Source: Deferribacterales bacterium
GTDB taxonomy: Bacteria; Chrysiogenota; Deferribacteres; Deferribacterales; Geovibrionaceae
Direction: 5' to 3'
Assembly (NCBI GenBank): GCA_050251875.1
Contig: JBFWMA010000003.1
Coordinates: 192,001-256,000 of the forward strand
Length of the DNA stretch: 64,000 nucleotides
In this document: piece by piece, positions 1 through 9,382 of the stretch
How positions within the stretch are numbered: the stretch's first letter is position 1
Layout of the letters: the number at the start of each line of letters is the position of its first letter
Notes under the pieces: model-generated
Told to the model about the DNA's origin: nothing
The model's database searches: none
The model's input: the letters and a program-made list of their open reading frames with translations, nothing else
Position numbers and translations under genes: made by a program

Positions 1-570
1 ATTCTCCCCGGCGATTATCTCCGCCATGCGGCAGAAAGCGCAAGGCTCGCTGCGCCCGTGGATAACCTCATAGCATTTCTTGTTTATCATTGACGGGATA
101 TTTGAAATATCCAGAAAATTAGCCAGCTCTTTGTTTACGTTAAGAATCAGATAATCGCTGCTGACGCTGAACAGAGGCATTTTAAGCCCGTCTATCAGCT
201 TCATCATCTTCGTACGGCTGCGTCTGAGAACTTTTACGGATTCCTCAGAATCTCCCAGAACACCGTAAAAAGATTTGGCGATGGTGCTGAGGTGCTTTCT
301 GTGCTTGTCAGAATTTATCATGATGACGGCTTTGTTCCCTTCCTGGGTAAAACGCAGGAAGTAGAAGGTCATCAGGTTGTCGCCTTTCTTAAATGACTGA
401 AAATAAATATCGCTGTTGTCCAGATACTGGATCATGGTCTGGGGAACAGGGATTTTCTCATGCTGTCCGGAGACCATCTGATAAAAATCCTGTGACTCAG
501 GCAGATACAAATAAACAGGGAAAGCGCATTCACGCAAAAGCATTGAAACTTTCGATATAATTGTGTTCAT
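1..570 (-). CDS. PAS-domain sensor protein (N-terminal part; runs off window start)
   Basis: My translation from ATG 570 is open to position 1 (MNTIISKVSMLLRECAF...LILNVNKELANFL...KKCYEVIHGRSEPCAFC); the CYEV..G...PC..C motif is typical of PAS domains; start overlaps the comF stop. Confidence 0.7.
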   Translation of the reverse strand, partial: MNTIISKVSMLLRECAFPVYLYLPESQDFYQMVSGQHEKIPVPQTMIQYLDNSDIYFQSFKKGDNLMTFYFLRFTQEGNKAVIMINSDKHRKHLSTIAKSFYGVLGDSEESVKVLRRSRTKMMKLIDGLKMPLFSVSSDYLILNVNKELANFLDISNIPSMINKKCYEVIHGRSEPCAFCRMAEIIAGEN

Positions 571-1253
571 TCAGTTAGTCCTCTAGGGTTCTGCGTACGC
601 ATACCCCCGGTAAGCGCAAAGACATCAATATCAGAAGCTCCCGATCTGCGCAGTATCCTGCAACACTCCGATATTGTTGAGCCTGTGGTTATAATATCAT
701 CAACGAGAAGAATTTTCAAACTGCTTAAATCTTTTTTACAAGAAAATGCGTTTTTTACATTATTCATACGCATAGTCCTTTTTAATTTATACTGATATTC
801 TGTTTTTCTGGTTCGTGTGAGCAGATTTTCATATTCGGCGCCTATCTGTCCGGCTATGTGTTTCGCCAGAATCTGAGCGGGATGGGTGAACCGTCTGAAT
901 CTGCGTGTGAAGTGGGAAGGAACAGCAGTCACTATGTCGTATCGCTTATCGGCGGGCAGATGCGCCAGACGGGACAGCGAGTGGATTCCCGCCAGCCTGT
1001 ATGAAAATTTGATCTCTCTGAGCAGCTGCTTTATTGACCCTGAGTAAACATATTCTATAAAAATATTGTCATAATATTTTTTATTCAGGCAATTTCCGCA
1101 TATTTTTGCCGGCACGGAGGAGGGATACCCGCAATTTTCGCACTTACAGGTAAATTTCTGGAGTTTTTCAATACAATCGGGGCAGACGGGAAAATTATTT
1201 CCGCATACTGCCCCGCAGGTTATACATTTCTGATAAAAGATTTCGCCGAACAT
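567..1253 (-). CDS. comF: ComF family double zinc-ribbon/PRTase competence protein
   Basis: Four N-terminal CxxC pairs and the PRPP-binding loop ILLVDDIITTGST. Confidence 0.9.
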   Translation of the reverse strand: MFGEIFYQKCITCGAVCGNNFPVCPDCIEKLQKFTCKCENCGYPSSVPAKICGNCLNKKYYDNIFIEYVYSGSIKQLLREIKFSYRLAGIHSLSRLAHLPADKRYDIVTAVPSHFTRRFRRFTHPAQILAKHIAGQIGAEYENLLTRTRKTEYQYKLKRTMRMNNVKNAFSCKKDLSSLKILLVDDIITTGSTISECCRILRRSGASDIDVFALTGGMRTQNPRGLTE

Positions 1254-1255
1254 GA

Positions 1256-2776
1256 CTATTTGGCTATGAGGCTCTCCCCAGTCATCTCTTCAGGAATCTC
1301 TATGCCCATAATGTCCAGAAGTGTGGGGGCGATGTCCGCCAGTTTTCCGGTTTTGTCTTTCAGCTTAACGTCTTTGTTATAGATGATGAACGGCACGGGG
1401 TTCAGCGTGTGCGCTGTGTGGGGCTGGTTGTTTTCATAGTCCCACATCTGTTCAACGTTTCCGTGGTCGGCTGTCACCGCCAGCACGGCGTTCTTCTCTT
1501 TCGCTGTTTTTATAACTTCGCCCAGACACTCGTCCACAGCTTTGCAAGCGGCGACTGCGGCGTCAAGCACGCCTGTGTGCCCCACCATGTCGGGGTTGGC
1601 GAAATTCATGATAACCACGTCCACAGAGTCTATCTCCTCTTTGAACCGTGCTGTCACGTCATAAACGCTCATCTGCGGTTTCAGATCATAGGTCGCCACA
1701 TCTCTGGGAGAATTGAGCAGGGCTCTCTTCTCGCCTTCGAAGACTGTTTCCGCTCCGCCGTTGAAAAAGTAGGTGACGTGGGCGTATTTTTCTGTCTCGG
1801 CTATCCTGAGCTGTTTCAGCCCTTTTGCGCTTATCACCTCGCCGAAGATATTTTTCAGCGATTCGGGACCGAAAGCGTATGGGCATGTATATTTGCTGTC
1901 ATACTGGGTCAGTGTCATGTAGCTGACGGCGGGCATCTGTCCTCTGTCGAACCCGTCAAAAGCCGGATCGATGAAGGCGGATGTGAGCTGTCTGGCTCTG
2001 TCGGCACGGAAGTTGAAGAAGAATACGCCGTCTTTGTCCTTCACATTGCCGTTCACGCCTTTGATGACGGATGGTTTGATGAACTCGTCCGTTTCGCCTC
2101 TGTCATATGCCTCCTGAACAGCCGCCACCGGAGAAGCCGCCACTATGCCTTTGCCGTTTCTGACGGCATCATAGCCCAGCTGTGTTCTGTCCCAGCGCTT
2201 GTCTCTGTCCATGGGATAATATCTGCCGGAAACTGTCGCCACCTTTCCGTAGCCGATGGATTCCATGAAAGTTACCAGCTCTTTCATATATCCCAGCCCG
2301 CTGTTGGGTGGAGTGTCTCTGCCATCCATGAAGGCATGGACGAATGTATCTGATATTCCGAAGTCTTTCGCTATTTTTATGAGTCCTTTCAGATGCTCTA
2401 TGTGGCTGTGTACGCCGCCGTCAGAGAGCAGACCGAAGAAATGGAGGTGTCCCCCGCTCTTCTTCAGCTCGGTGAGAAAATTCACGAATTCAGGGTTTTT
2501 TGCCATGTCGCCGTTCTGTATGGCGAGTGTGACACGCAGAAGTTCCTGATATACTATGCGCCCGGCGCCTATGTTGGTGTGTCCCACCTCGGAGTTGCCC
2601 ATCTGTCCTTCGGGCAGACCGACATGTTCTTCGCTGGCGTTCAGCTTTGTATTAGGGCATGTATTCAGCAGATTAAAGAAGTTGGGCGCTTTGCTGATCC
2701 GGATAGAGTTATATTCTTCAGCGTCCCTGAGACCCCAGCCGTCAAGGATAAGAAGTATGGTTTTCTGATTGTTCAT
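1256..2776 (-). CDS. gpmI: 2,3-bisphosphoglycerate-independent phosphoglycerate mutase
   Basis: LLILDGWG, GQMGNSEVGH, DGGVHSH, AETEKYAHVT, NPDMVGHTG; start reassigned to ATG 2776 (MNNQKT) after GGAG. Confidence 0.97.
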   Translation of the reverse strand: MNNQKTILLILDGWGLRDAEEYNSIRISKAPNFFNLLNTCPNTKLNASEEHVGLPEGQMGNSEVGHTNIGAGRIVYQELLRVTLAIQNGDMAKNPEFVNFLTELKKSGGHLHFFGLLSDGGVHSHIEHLKGLIKIAKDFGISDTFVHAFMDGRDTPPNSGLGYMKELVTFMESIGYGKVATVSGRYYPMDRDKRWDRTQLGYDAVRNGKGIVAASPVAAVQEAYDRGETDEFIKPSVIKGVNGNVKDKDGVFFFNFRADRARQLTSAFIDPAFDGFDRGQMPAVSYMTLTQYDSKYTCPYAFGPESLKNIFGEVISAKGLKQLRIAETEKYAHVTYFFNGGAETVFEGEKRALLNSPRDVATYDLKPQMSVYDVTARFKEEIDSVDVVIMNFANPDMVGHTGVLDAAVAACKAVDECLGEVIKTAKEKNAVLAVTADHGNVEQMWDYENNQPHTAHTLNPVPFIIYNKDVKLKDKTGKLADIAPTLLDIMGIEIPEEMTGESLIAK

Positions 2777-2804
2777 AGTGTTCTCCAAAAAACGGGAAGG
2801 TAAG

Positions 2805-2842
2805 AAAAAACCCCGAAAAAACGCCTGAGCGCATTCGGGGTT
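2805..2842 (-). terminator. Intrinsic terminator downstream of dksA
   Basis: Minus strand AACCCCGAA...TTCGGGG followed by a T run. Confidence 0.6.
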
Positions 2843-2847
2843 GTTTG

Positions 2848-3210
2848 TTACATCTTGATGAGCCCTTTCTTTTCCAGCTCGGTTTTGCAGTCGGTGCAGT
2901 ACCTGGCGAAAGGCACATATTCCAGACGTTTGTCTTCTATGTCCTCTTCGCACTCTATGCACACGCCGTAGGTGCCGTTTTCGATCCTTTGCAGAGCCTG
3001 CTCGATGAGTCTCAGCTTAAGAGCGTCTGTCTCAACCCTGCCCAGCAGAAGGTTTTTGTTATATAGATTGTACGCCTCATCGGCTGAGTCCTGTGTTCCG
3101 TCCTCGCCCACGCTCATGGCGTCATTGTATCTTTCGTTGAGCTTGTCGATGAGCTCACGGCGCATCTTCAGCAGTTTTTCCCTGTGGTAGTTCAGCTTTT
3201 CTCTGTCCAT
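2848..3210 (-). CDS. dksA: DksA/TraR family C4 zinc-finger RNA polymerase-binding factor
   Basis: Coiled coil with DSADEA (DxxDxA) tip; YGVCIEC...ARYCTDC. Confidence 0.85.
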   Translation of the reverse strand: MDREKLNYHREKLLKMRRELIDKLNERYNDAMSVGEDGTQDSADEAYNLYNKNLLLGRVETDALKLRLIEQALQRIENGTYGVCIECEEDIEDKRLEYVPFARYCTDCKTELEKKGLIKM

Positions 3211-3266
3211 ACCAGCCTCCTCATTATAACCGTACCCGCCGTTGAATCAAGTGAGCGTATCCGGTT

Positions 3267-3674
3267 CTATTTATGATAAGGGTGACCATTGATGATGGTC
3301 AGCGCTCTGTATATCTGCTCTGTCAGGACAAGCAGGCTTATCCTGTGTGCCATGGTCATGCCGGAGAGTGAGATGAACTCTTTCGCCTCCGATCTGATCT
3401 CAGCCGGAAGCCCCTCCGCCTCGCCTATGTAGAATGTGATGTCTCCATAGGTCTCCACTCTCTTTCTGATCCACTCGGCGAACTCTTCGCTGGTGAACTG
3501 TTTCCCCGCGGGATCCATCCCCACCAGAAGCCCTCTGCCGTCATATCCTTTTTTTGACTTGTCAAACTCAAGAGCCACCGGCATGAACCCGTTGGACATT
3601 TTTATGTATCTGTCCGTAAGGTTTTTTATCTCCGGCTCTTTAATCTTTGAAGCCATGACAATTTTTAACAGCAT
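3267..3674 (-). CDS. rlmH: 23S rRNA (pseudouridine1915-N3)-methyltransferase
   Basis: GKQFTSEEFA, FYIGEAEG, SLSGMTMAH, EQIYRA...GHPYHK. Confidence 0.92.
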   Translation of the reverse strand: MLLKIVMASKIKEPEIKNLTDRYIKMSNGFMPVALEFDKSKKGYDGRGLLVGMDPAGKQFTSEEFAEWIRKRVETYGDITFYIGEAEGLPAEIRSEAKEFISLSGMTMAHRISLLVLTEQIYRALTIINGHPYHK

Positions 3675-3744
3675 TCCGAGTTGCTCGTAAAATATAGAAT
3701 GAGTTTTCTTATGTCAACTGTTTTCAGAGCGCTTTTATGTTTTT

Positions 3745-4431
3745 TCAGCCTCTTCCTCTCGTGAATTCATACATAATAACAGCGGCGCTCTGTGAAACAT
3801 TGAGTGAGTCTATGTCTCCGCTCATGGGAATCTTAACGTGAATATCGGCCATCTCCAGCAGAGCCGGACGGATTCCTTTACCTTCTGAGCCCATTATTAT
3901 GACAGATTTTTCTTCGAAGGCGGCGTCTTTCAGCGCTGTCTTGCCGTCAACATCGGCGGCATAAGCCTTGTAGCCGTGCTCCTGAAGTTTTTTCAGGGCG
4001 GTGGCGGTGTTCACCGCTCCCACTATCAGCGTGTGAAAGATTGTTCCGCTGGATGCCTTGCACACGGCGGATGTGATGGGCGACTGCTTGGTGAATCCCA
4101 CCATCACGGTTTTTATGCCGAAGCAGTTAGCCGCTCGGATTATGGCTCCGTAGTTATGCGGGTCAAAAATTCTGTCCAGAATAACCACAGGACCGTTCTC
4201 TATTATTTTGTCAAAAGCCTTATCGAAGTTTTTCGGCTCCAGATCCCGAATCTCGGCGGCGATACCCTGCGCCTCCTGTCCGAAATAATGCTCGAACTCT
4301 TTGGGACCGTATGTGCGCTTCTCCACCGGATATTTCGACACATCGAAGGTGCTGTTCACCTTGATGTGCAGGAGTTTTACCAGATCGAGCCTGAGCGCTT
4401 CCTCGACAGTGTTTCTGCCGTGTATTATCAT
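3745..4431 (-). CDS. rlmB: 23S rRNA Gm2251 methyltransferase, TrmH/SpoU family
   Basis: LDRIFDPHNYGAIIR, MGSEGKG, IPMSGDIDSLNVS. Confidence 0.88.
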   Translation of the reverse strand: MIIHGRNTVEEALRLDLVKLLHIKVNSTFDVSKYPVEKRTYGPKEFEHYFGQEAQGIAAEIRDLEPKNFDKAFDKIIENGPVVILDRIFDPHNYGAIIRAANCFGIKTVMVGFTKQSPITSAVCKASSGTIFHTLIVGAVNTATALKKLQEHGYKAYAADVDGKTALKDAAFEEKSVIIMGSEGKGIRPALLEMADIHVKIPMSGDIDSLNVSQSAAVIMYEFTRGRG

Positions 4432-6338
4432 TTAAGTTCCGCCTCTATCTCGGCCGCTACTGTCTCGGGATCGAGTCCCAGCAGATTGAATATAGCGTCC
4501 GGTGTGCCTGAGTATGCGTATCCTCTGACGCCGAATCTCACTATACGGGGGGCGTTGTCCTCTTCGCTGAACCTGTTCGCCAGTGTGGCGGCGAGACCTG
4601 TGAATTCGTTGTGGTCTTCGTATACGAATACGGGTTTATCTGTATATTTCTCGAATGCTTCCATATCGGGGTGCAGGGGGCATGAACAGTTAAGCACGGC
4701 GGCGTTCAGTCCTTTCGCTTTCAGCAGTTCAGCCACTTTCAGCGCTCTGGCTGTCATGCTTCCGTATGTGGCGATGGCGAAATCGCCGTCTTTTATCACG
4801 TCCACCTGACCGTATTTAAATGTGTAGCCCTTGCCGAACATGGGCTTTCCCTCTTTCTCTATTGTGGCGAGTTTTGAGCGTCCCATTCCCACGAGGAAGT
4901 TGCCGGGATTCTCGGCGGCGAAGCATACGGCTTTATATGTCTGGTTGGGGTCTGCGGGGATTATCACACGGAAACCGAACAGGTTGCGCATTGTGCCGAC
5001 ATAGTCGATGCACTGGTGTGTTTTTCCGTCTTCGCCCACGTCTATACCTATGTGTGTTGTGACAGTCTTGAGGCTGGCGCAGTTGATATCGTTGAGCCTC
5101 TGCTGGTTGTAAACCTCGTCCACGCCGAACACGCCGAAATCAGCGAAGAAGCTGACAACACCGTTAACGCTGGCGGCGCCTGCGGCAACACATGCGTGGT
5201 GTTCCTGAATGCCTGTCTGAACGAAATTATCAGCGTATTCTTTTTCCACTTTGTCGGTTTTCACGGAGCTGGCGAGGTCGCAGTCAAAAACAGCGACAGG
5301 AGTCATCCCATCCGCCTGAGAAGCCTTTACTATGTCATAAACGGCGTCTCCGAAAGCGGAGCGGCAGTCTGTTTTAACATCCAGACCGTACTCTTTATCC
5401 TTGTCATATCCAACTTTAACTTCAGGAATATCCAGCTCGTGGCATGATGAGCAGAATTTGAAGTCAGAGCGGAGCGCTTTGTATTTTTCGAGATCGTTTT
5501 GAAGACCGAGCTCACCCAGAGCTTTGTCAAGCTGTTCGTCTGTAAGGGGTTTACCGTGGTATCCGTGGATGTTCTCCATGAATGACACGCCCTTGCTCAT
5601 GGTGGTCTCGGCGAGGATCAGCACGGGCTGTTCCAGCTTCTGACCGTATTTGATGGCGGTGAAGAGCTTTTCATAATCGTGTCCGTCAACGGTGATTACG
5701 AACCAGCCGTCCGCTGTGTAGTCGTCTTTTATGTTCTGATACATTACGTCTTCTATGTTTCCGCTGATCTGGAGCTTGTTATAGTCGATGAACGCTGTGA
5801 TGTTGGAGAGTCCGTGCATAGCGGCGAAGCGTCTCGCTTCCGCCTGCTGACCTTTCTGCTGTTCGCCGTCTCCCATGAAGCAGTAAACGTTGAATTCGTC
5901 TCCGGCTATCTCGCCCGCCATAGCGGCTCCGCATGCGGCTGACAGACCCTGTCCGAGGTTTCCTGTGGTCCACTCAACGCCGTTCACCATGCGCTCGATG
6001 TGTCCTTCGTATATGCTTCCCGCCAGACGGAACTGGGAGATGGCATCGTCTATGTTGAAGAAACCGTTGCGGGCAAGGGCGGAATATACTGCCGGGCTGG
6101 TGTGTCCGTGTGAAACATATATTCTGTCTCTGGATGAGGATTTGAAGTTTTCGGGGCTGATGTTGGCGAATTTATACACTGTCAGGTACATGTCGATGGA
6201 AGACATGGAGCCGCCGGGGTGACCGCTCGCTGCCAGTGTTGTCATTTTAAGAATGTCGCCTCTGCAAAGTCTGGCTTTCTCCGCCAGCTCGTTTACATCC
6301 GCCTGTGTGATGTCTGTGTCAAAACCCATGCCTGCCAT
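4428..6338 (-). CDS. tkt: Transketolase
   Basis: SGHPGGSMS, SHGH, GNLGQG, TPP motif GDGEQQKG...N, GEDGKTHQ. Confidence 0.92.
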   Translation of the reverse strand: MAGMGFDTDITQADVNELAEKARLCRGDILKMTTLAASGHPGGSMSSIDMYLTVYKFANISPENFKSSSRDRIYVSHGHTSPAVYSALARNGFFNIDDAISQFRLAGSIYEGHIERMVNGVEWTTGNLGQGLSAACGAAMAGEIAGDEFNVYCFMGDGEQQKGQQAEARRFAAMHGLSNITAFIDYNKLQISGNIEDVMYQNIKDDYTADGWFVITVDGHDYEKLFTAIKYGQKLEQPVLILAETTMSKGVSFMENIHGYHGKPLTDEQLDKALGELGLQNDLEKYKALRSDFKFCSSCHELDIPEVKVGYDKDKEYGLDVKTDCRSAFGDAVYDIVKASQADGMTPVAVFDCDLASSVKTDKVEKEYADNFVQTGIQEHHACVAAGAASVNGVVSFFADFGVFGVDEVYNQQRLNDINCASLKTVTTHIGIDVGEDGKTHQCIDYVGTMRNLFGFRVIIPADPNQTYKAVCFAAENPGNFLVGMGRSKLATIEKEGKPMFGKGYTFKYGQVDVIKDGDFAIATYGSMTARALKVAELLKAKGLNAAVLNCSCPLHPDMEAFEKYTDKPVFVYEDHNEFTGLAATLANRFSEEDNAPRIVRFGVRGYAYSGTPDAIFNLLGLDPETVAAEIEAELK

Positions 6339-6441
6339 ATCTATTACCTCTTTTTGGATAAACTTATATCATTACCCTTACGGGCATGGGTTTTATATAA
6401 CGTATATAATAATGTGTCAATTTATTTAGGGACGTGAAAAC

Positions 6442-7281
6442 TTACTTTTTGCTCATAATGTACCACAGCACGGAAGCCATCATGAGCGACCCGCCGAAAA
6501 AAGTAGCGGACGGAGGCATTTCTCTGAAAACAGCCCAGATGATTACGGGGGTTATGACCGTGCGCAGAAGCGAATAGAGGCTGATCTCGGTAGCCATGAT
6601 GTATCTGGCTGATGTGGAGACGAAAGTTCTGCCAAATGGAGCTGTCAGAAGACCCATCACAGCCATGACGGCGACTCCGTAAAGGTTGAATGAGGATGCC
6701 TGCATGCCGAACGAGCTGAAAAGGGCGATGAAGAATCCGCCCATGCCCACAGCCATGCTCCGGCTGATTTTCGGATATTTTCTCCACAGGACATAGTTGA
6801 ATGAGGCGAAGGCGGTAGCGGCTACAGCCAGCAGGTCTCCCTTGATGCCTTCTGACGTCAGCGAGCCTTTGACTATTATAAAGATTCCGGCGAGGGTCAC
6901 GGCTGTGGCTATCCATGTTTTCGCTCCGGTCTTTTCCTTCAGAAAGATACGGCTGAACAGGGCGGAGAAGAGCGGTGTGGAGCTCATTATCAGCACCACG
7001 TTGGCAACAGCGGTCTCTTTAACGGCTAATACGAAAGTGTTTCCGCTTCCTCCCATAATCATTCCGGATAATATTATCACGGCTCCGCCGTTTCTGATGG
7101 CTGTGACAACGCCTTCCTGAAAAAACTGGGTGAAAAGACACATGGCGATGAAAGAGAACAGCCCGAAGAGAAAGGAGGCGTTCCAGCCGGGCAGTCCCGA
7201 AAGCCTGACAAAAACGGCGTCCAGACTCATCAGCAGAACACCGGCGAGGACATACGAGATGCCCTTTGATCTTGTTTCCAT
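6442..7281 (-). CDS. DMT/EamA family transporter
   Basis: About 10 hydrophobic segments; PLFSALFSRIFLKEK motif. Confidence 0.85.
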   Translation of the reverse strand: METRSKGISYVLAGVLLMSLDAVFVRLSGLPGWNASFLFGLFSFIAMCLFTQFFQEGVVTAIRNGGAVIILSGMIMGGSGNTFVLAVKETAVANVVLIMSSTPLFSALFSRIFLKEKTGAKTWIATAVTLAGIFIIVKGSLTSEGIKGDLLAVAATAFASFNYVLWRKYPKISRSMAVGMGGFFIALFSSFGMQASSFNLYGVAVMAVMGLLTAPFGRTFVSTSARYIMATEISLYSLLRTVITPVIIWAVFREMPPSATFFGGSLMMASVLWYIMSKK

Positions 7282-7296
7282 AATTACAACCTCTGA

Positions 7297-7346
7297 ATCA
7301 TACTCTATAGTATGATAACGTAATACTTGACAGTATGGCTGTCAAG
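7297..7346. promoter_or_regulatory. Two ATACT-N4-AGTAT palindromes (probable TetR operators) overlapping back-to-back TTGACA -35 elements
   Basis: ATCATACT-CTAT-AGTATGAT at 7297-7316, ATACT-TGAC-AGTAT at 7323-7336, CTTGACAG-N5-CTGTCAAG at 7326-7346, all between the divergent DMT and TetR genes. Confidence 0.65.
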
Positions 7347-7361
7347 AGGTTATCTTTTATT

Positions 7362-7946
7362 ATGTCAAAATCACTGGAAAACCACCTGAGAAAACAGAGC
7401 CAGATAGCCGATGCCGCCAAGAAACTTTTTCTGGAGAACGGCTATGCCGGCACGGGTATGGACACCGTGGCAAAAGAGGCTGGGGTCACCAAGCAGACCG
7501 TCTACAGGTATTTTCCGTCTAAAGAAGAGCTGTTTCAGCACATTATCAAGAGCATGTCCGAGAAGCAGGCGGCATATACATTCGGCAGGCGTGGTGTTCT
7601 GGAAGAGCTGATACGTTACGGCGAGGATCTGATCCTGTATCATATGCAGCCCCAGAGGCTGGAATTCTGGCGTCTGATGGTGGCGGAAGGCGGTAGAAGC
7701 GGCAACATCGGCAAGATGTTCAGAGAGATCAACCAGACCGCCAGAAAAACACCGCTCATCAACTATCTGAGGGACAATCTGAACATGAGCGAGCCTGAAA
7801 AGCTGGCGGATATGTTCTGTTCCCTGCTGCTGTATACCCGCCCGCAGATACTTATGGGCAGTGCCGATGTTCCGGATGCAGAAGCAGTCAGAGACCATGC
7901 CCAGCTCTCCGCCGAAATATTCGTTAACGGTCTTTTAAGCCTTTAA
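7362..7946 (+). CDS. TetR/AcrR family transcriptional regulator
   Basis: AAKKLFLENGYAGTGMDTVAKEAGVTKQTVYRYFPSKEELF; ATG 7362 preferred because ATG 7335 lies inside the promoter/operator. Confidence 0.92.
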   Translation: MSKSLENHLRKQSQIADAAKKLFLENGYAGTGMDTVAKEAGVTKQTVYRYFPSKEELFQHIIKSMSEKQAAYTFGRRGVLEELIRYGEDLILYHMQPQRLEFWRLMVAEGGRSGNIGKMFREINQTARKTPLINYLRDNLNMSEPEKLADMFCSLLLYTRPQILMGSADVPDAEAVRDHAQLSAEIFVNGLLSL

Positions 7947-7967
7947 TCATCATCTATGCTATACTTT

Positions 7968-8004
7968 TGAATGGATCGGCACATATTGTGACGGGAACGG
8001 CACA
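7968..8004 (+). promoter_or_regulatory. 21-bp-period direct repeat, probable AraC-family binding site
   Basis: TGAATGGATCGGCACA (7968-7983) and TGACGGGAACGGCACA (7989-8004) upstream of the YbcL-AraC pair. Confidence 0.55.
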
Positions 8005-8049
8005 GTATTTCCGCCTCTATCGGCATATCATCTCTTTATGGAGGCAGAT

Positions 8050-8568
8050 ATGAAAAAGATACTTATGACAGTAATCATAATGGCAGCGGCTGTCTGCGCT
8101 TACGCTGACGGATTCAGAGTTTATCTTCCTGATGTGGGCAAGGTGTTTTCAAACGCACAGGTGTTTAACGGATTCGGATGCTCCGGAGATAACACCGCTC
8201 CGACAGTGAAGTGGGAAAACCCGCCGAAAGGCGCAGAGAGCTTTGCCCTGACTATGTACGATCCGGACGCTCCCACAGGTTCCGGCTGGTGGCACTGGAT
8301 AGTGACAGATATTCCGGCGGGAGCAAAGGCGATAGCGGGCGGAAAACTCCCCGAAGGAGCTGTAGACATGAACACTGATTTCGGTCAGCCCGGATACGGC
8401 GGTCCATGCCCTCCGGTCGGACAGAACCACAGATATATCATAACACTGCACGCTCTGAAGGTGAAAAACCTCGGCGTTCCCGCTCAGGCATCCGGAGCCA
8501 TGACAGGGTTCATGATTAACGCCAATACAATAGAAAAAACATCCGTAACAGTGAGATATGGAAGATAA
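8050..8568 (+). CDS. Secreted YbhB/YbcL family (PEBP/Raf kinase inhibitor-like) protein
   Basis: Signal peptide MKKIL...AYA; FGCSGDN, YDPDAPTGSGWWHW, YGGPCPP, HRY. Confidence 0.92.
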   Translation: MKKILMTVIIMAAAVCAYADGFRVYLPDVGKVFSNAQVFNGFGCSGDNTAPTVKWENPPKGAESFALTMYDPDAPTGSGWWHWIVTDIPAGAKAIAGGKLPEGAVDMNTDFGQPGYGGPCPPVGQNHRYIITLHALKVKNLGVPAQASGAMTGFMINANTIEKTSVTVRYGR

Positions 8569-9382
8569 CAGCAGAAAGCCGGAAAGAATGATAGCGTTCA
8601 GACAGGGGCTGGGAGCGGCAGGCGAGATTTATCAGAACTGCCAGCAGCCCCTGCGGCATGTTGTGATAGATAATCCCTGTATGATCGTGGTGAAGCACGG
8701 GATAAAGCATTTTGACAACGCTTCCGGTCGTCTGGTTATGAATCAGGGAGACGCCGTGGCTGTGTGGCGGGACACATGGTATGACGTCACGAATTTTAAC
8801 GGCGCTGACGGATATTACTCGGCTGAGTGGGTCAGCTTTGACAGAGATATGGTAAAAGATTTCGCCGCTAAGGCGAAAAACCGCAGGACAATGGAGGCGG
8901 TGAATATCAAAAAAATTTCCGGCGGGCTGAAGCTGGCATTTGATGAGATGTTCAGTCTGCTGAAAGATCAGGCGGATATCCCCGCGGAGATAGCGAGGCA
9001 CCGTATGGAAGAACTGCTGATCTGGCTGGATATGGGCGGATATTTCGCCTGTGTCAGAGACGATGTAAATCTTCCGTGGAATCTCAGGCAGACGATCTCC
9101 GGCGATCCTGCGAACAGATGGGACTGTGGCAGTCTGGCGAAATCTGTAGGCATGAGCGAGTCCACGCTGAGACGCAGGCTGGCGGAATATAACACTACCA
9201 TAGCGGATGTGGTGACGGACGTTCGGATGTCGTACGCTCTCAATATGATTCAGTCCACCGACTTCAGCATAACGAGGATATCTGCTGAATGCGGGTATGA
9301 GTCACCGTCCAGATTCGCTGTCAGGTTTAAGGAGAGGTTCGGCTTTTCCCCTTCGTCAGTCAGACGTGGAAATCCCGCCTAG
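8558..9382 (+). CDS. AraC family transcriptional regulator (YbcM-like)
   Basis: GMSESTLRRRL and SITRISAECGYESPSRFAVRFKERFGFSP double HTH. Confidence 0.9.
   Translation: MEDNSRKPERMIAFRQGLGAAGEIYQNCQQPLRHVVIDNPCMIVVKHGIKHFDNASGRLVMNQGDAVAVWRDTWYDVTNFNGADGYYSAEWVSFDRDMVKDFAAKAKNRRTMEAVNIKKISGGLKLAFDEMFSLLKDQADIPAEIARHRMEELLIWLDMGGYFACVRDDVNLPWNLRQTISGDPANRWDCGSLAKSVGMSESTLRRRLAEYNTTIADVVTDVRMSYALNMIQSTDFSITRISAECGYESPSRFAVRFKERFGFSPSSVRRGNPA

Noticed and set aside
2777..2962. 62-aa N-terminal extension of gpmI in the ORF track
   Set aside because: It overlaps dksA and its terminator; similarity to GpmI and an RBS begin at ATG 2776.
8038..9382. Prophage remnant suggested by the ybcL/ybcM-like genes
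   Set aside because: No integrase, att site or phage structural genes were seen nearby.
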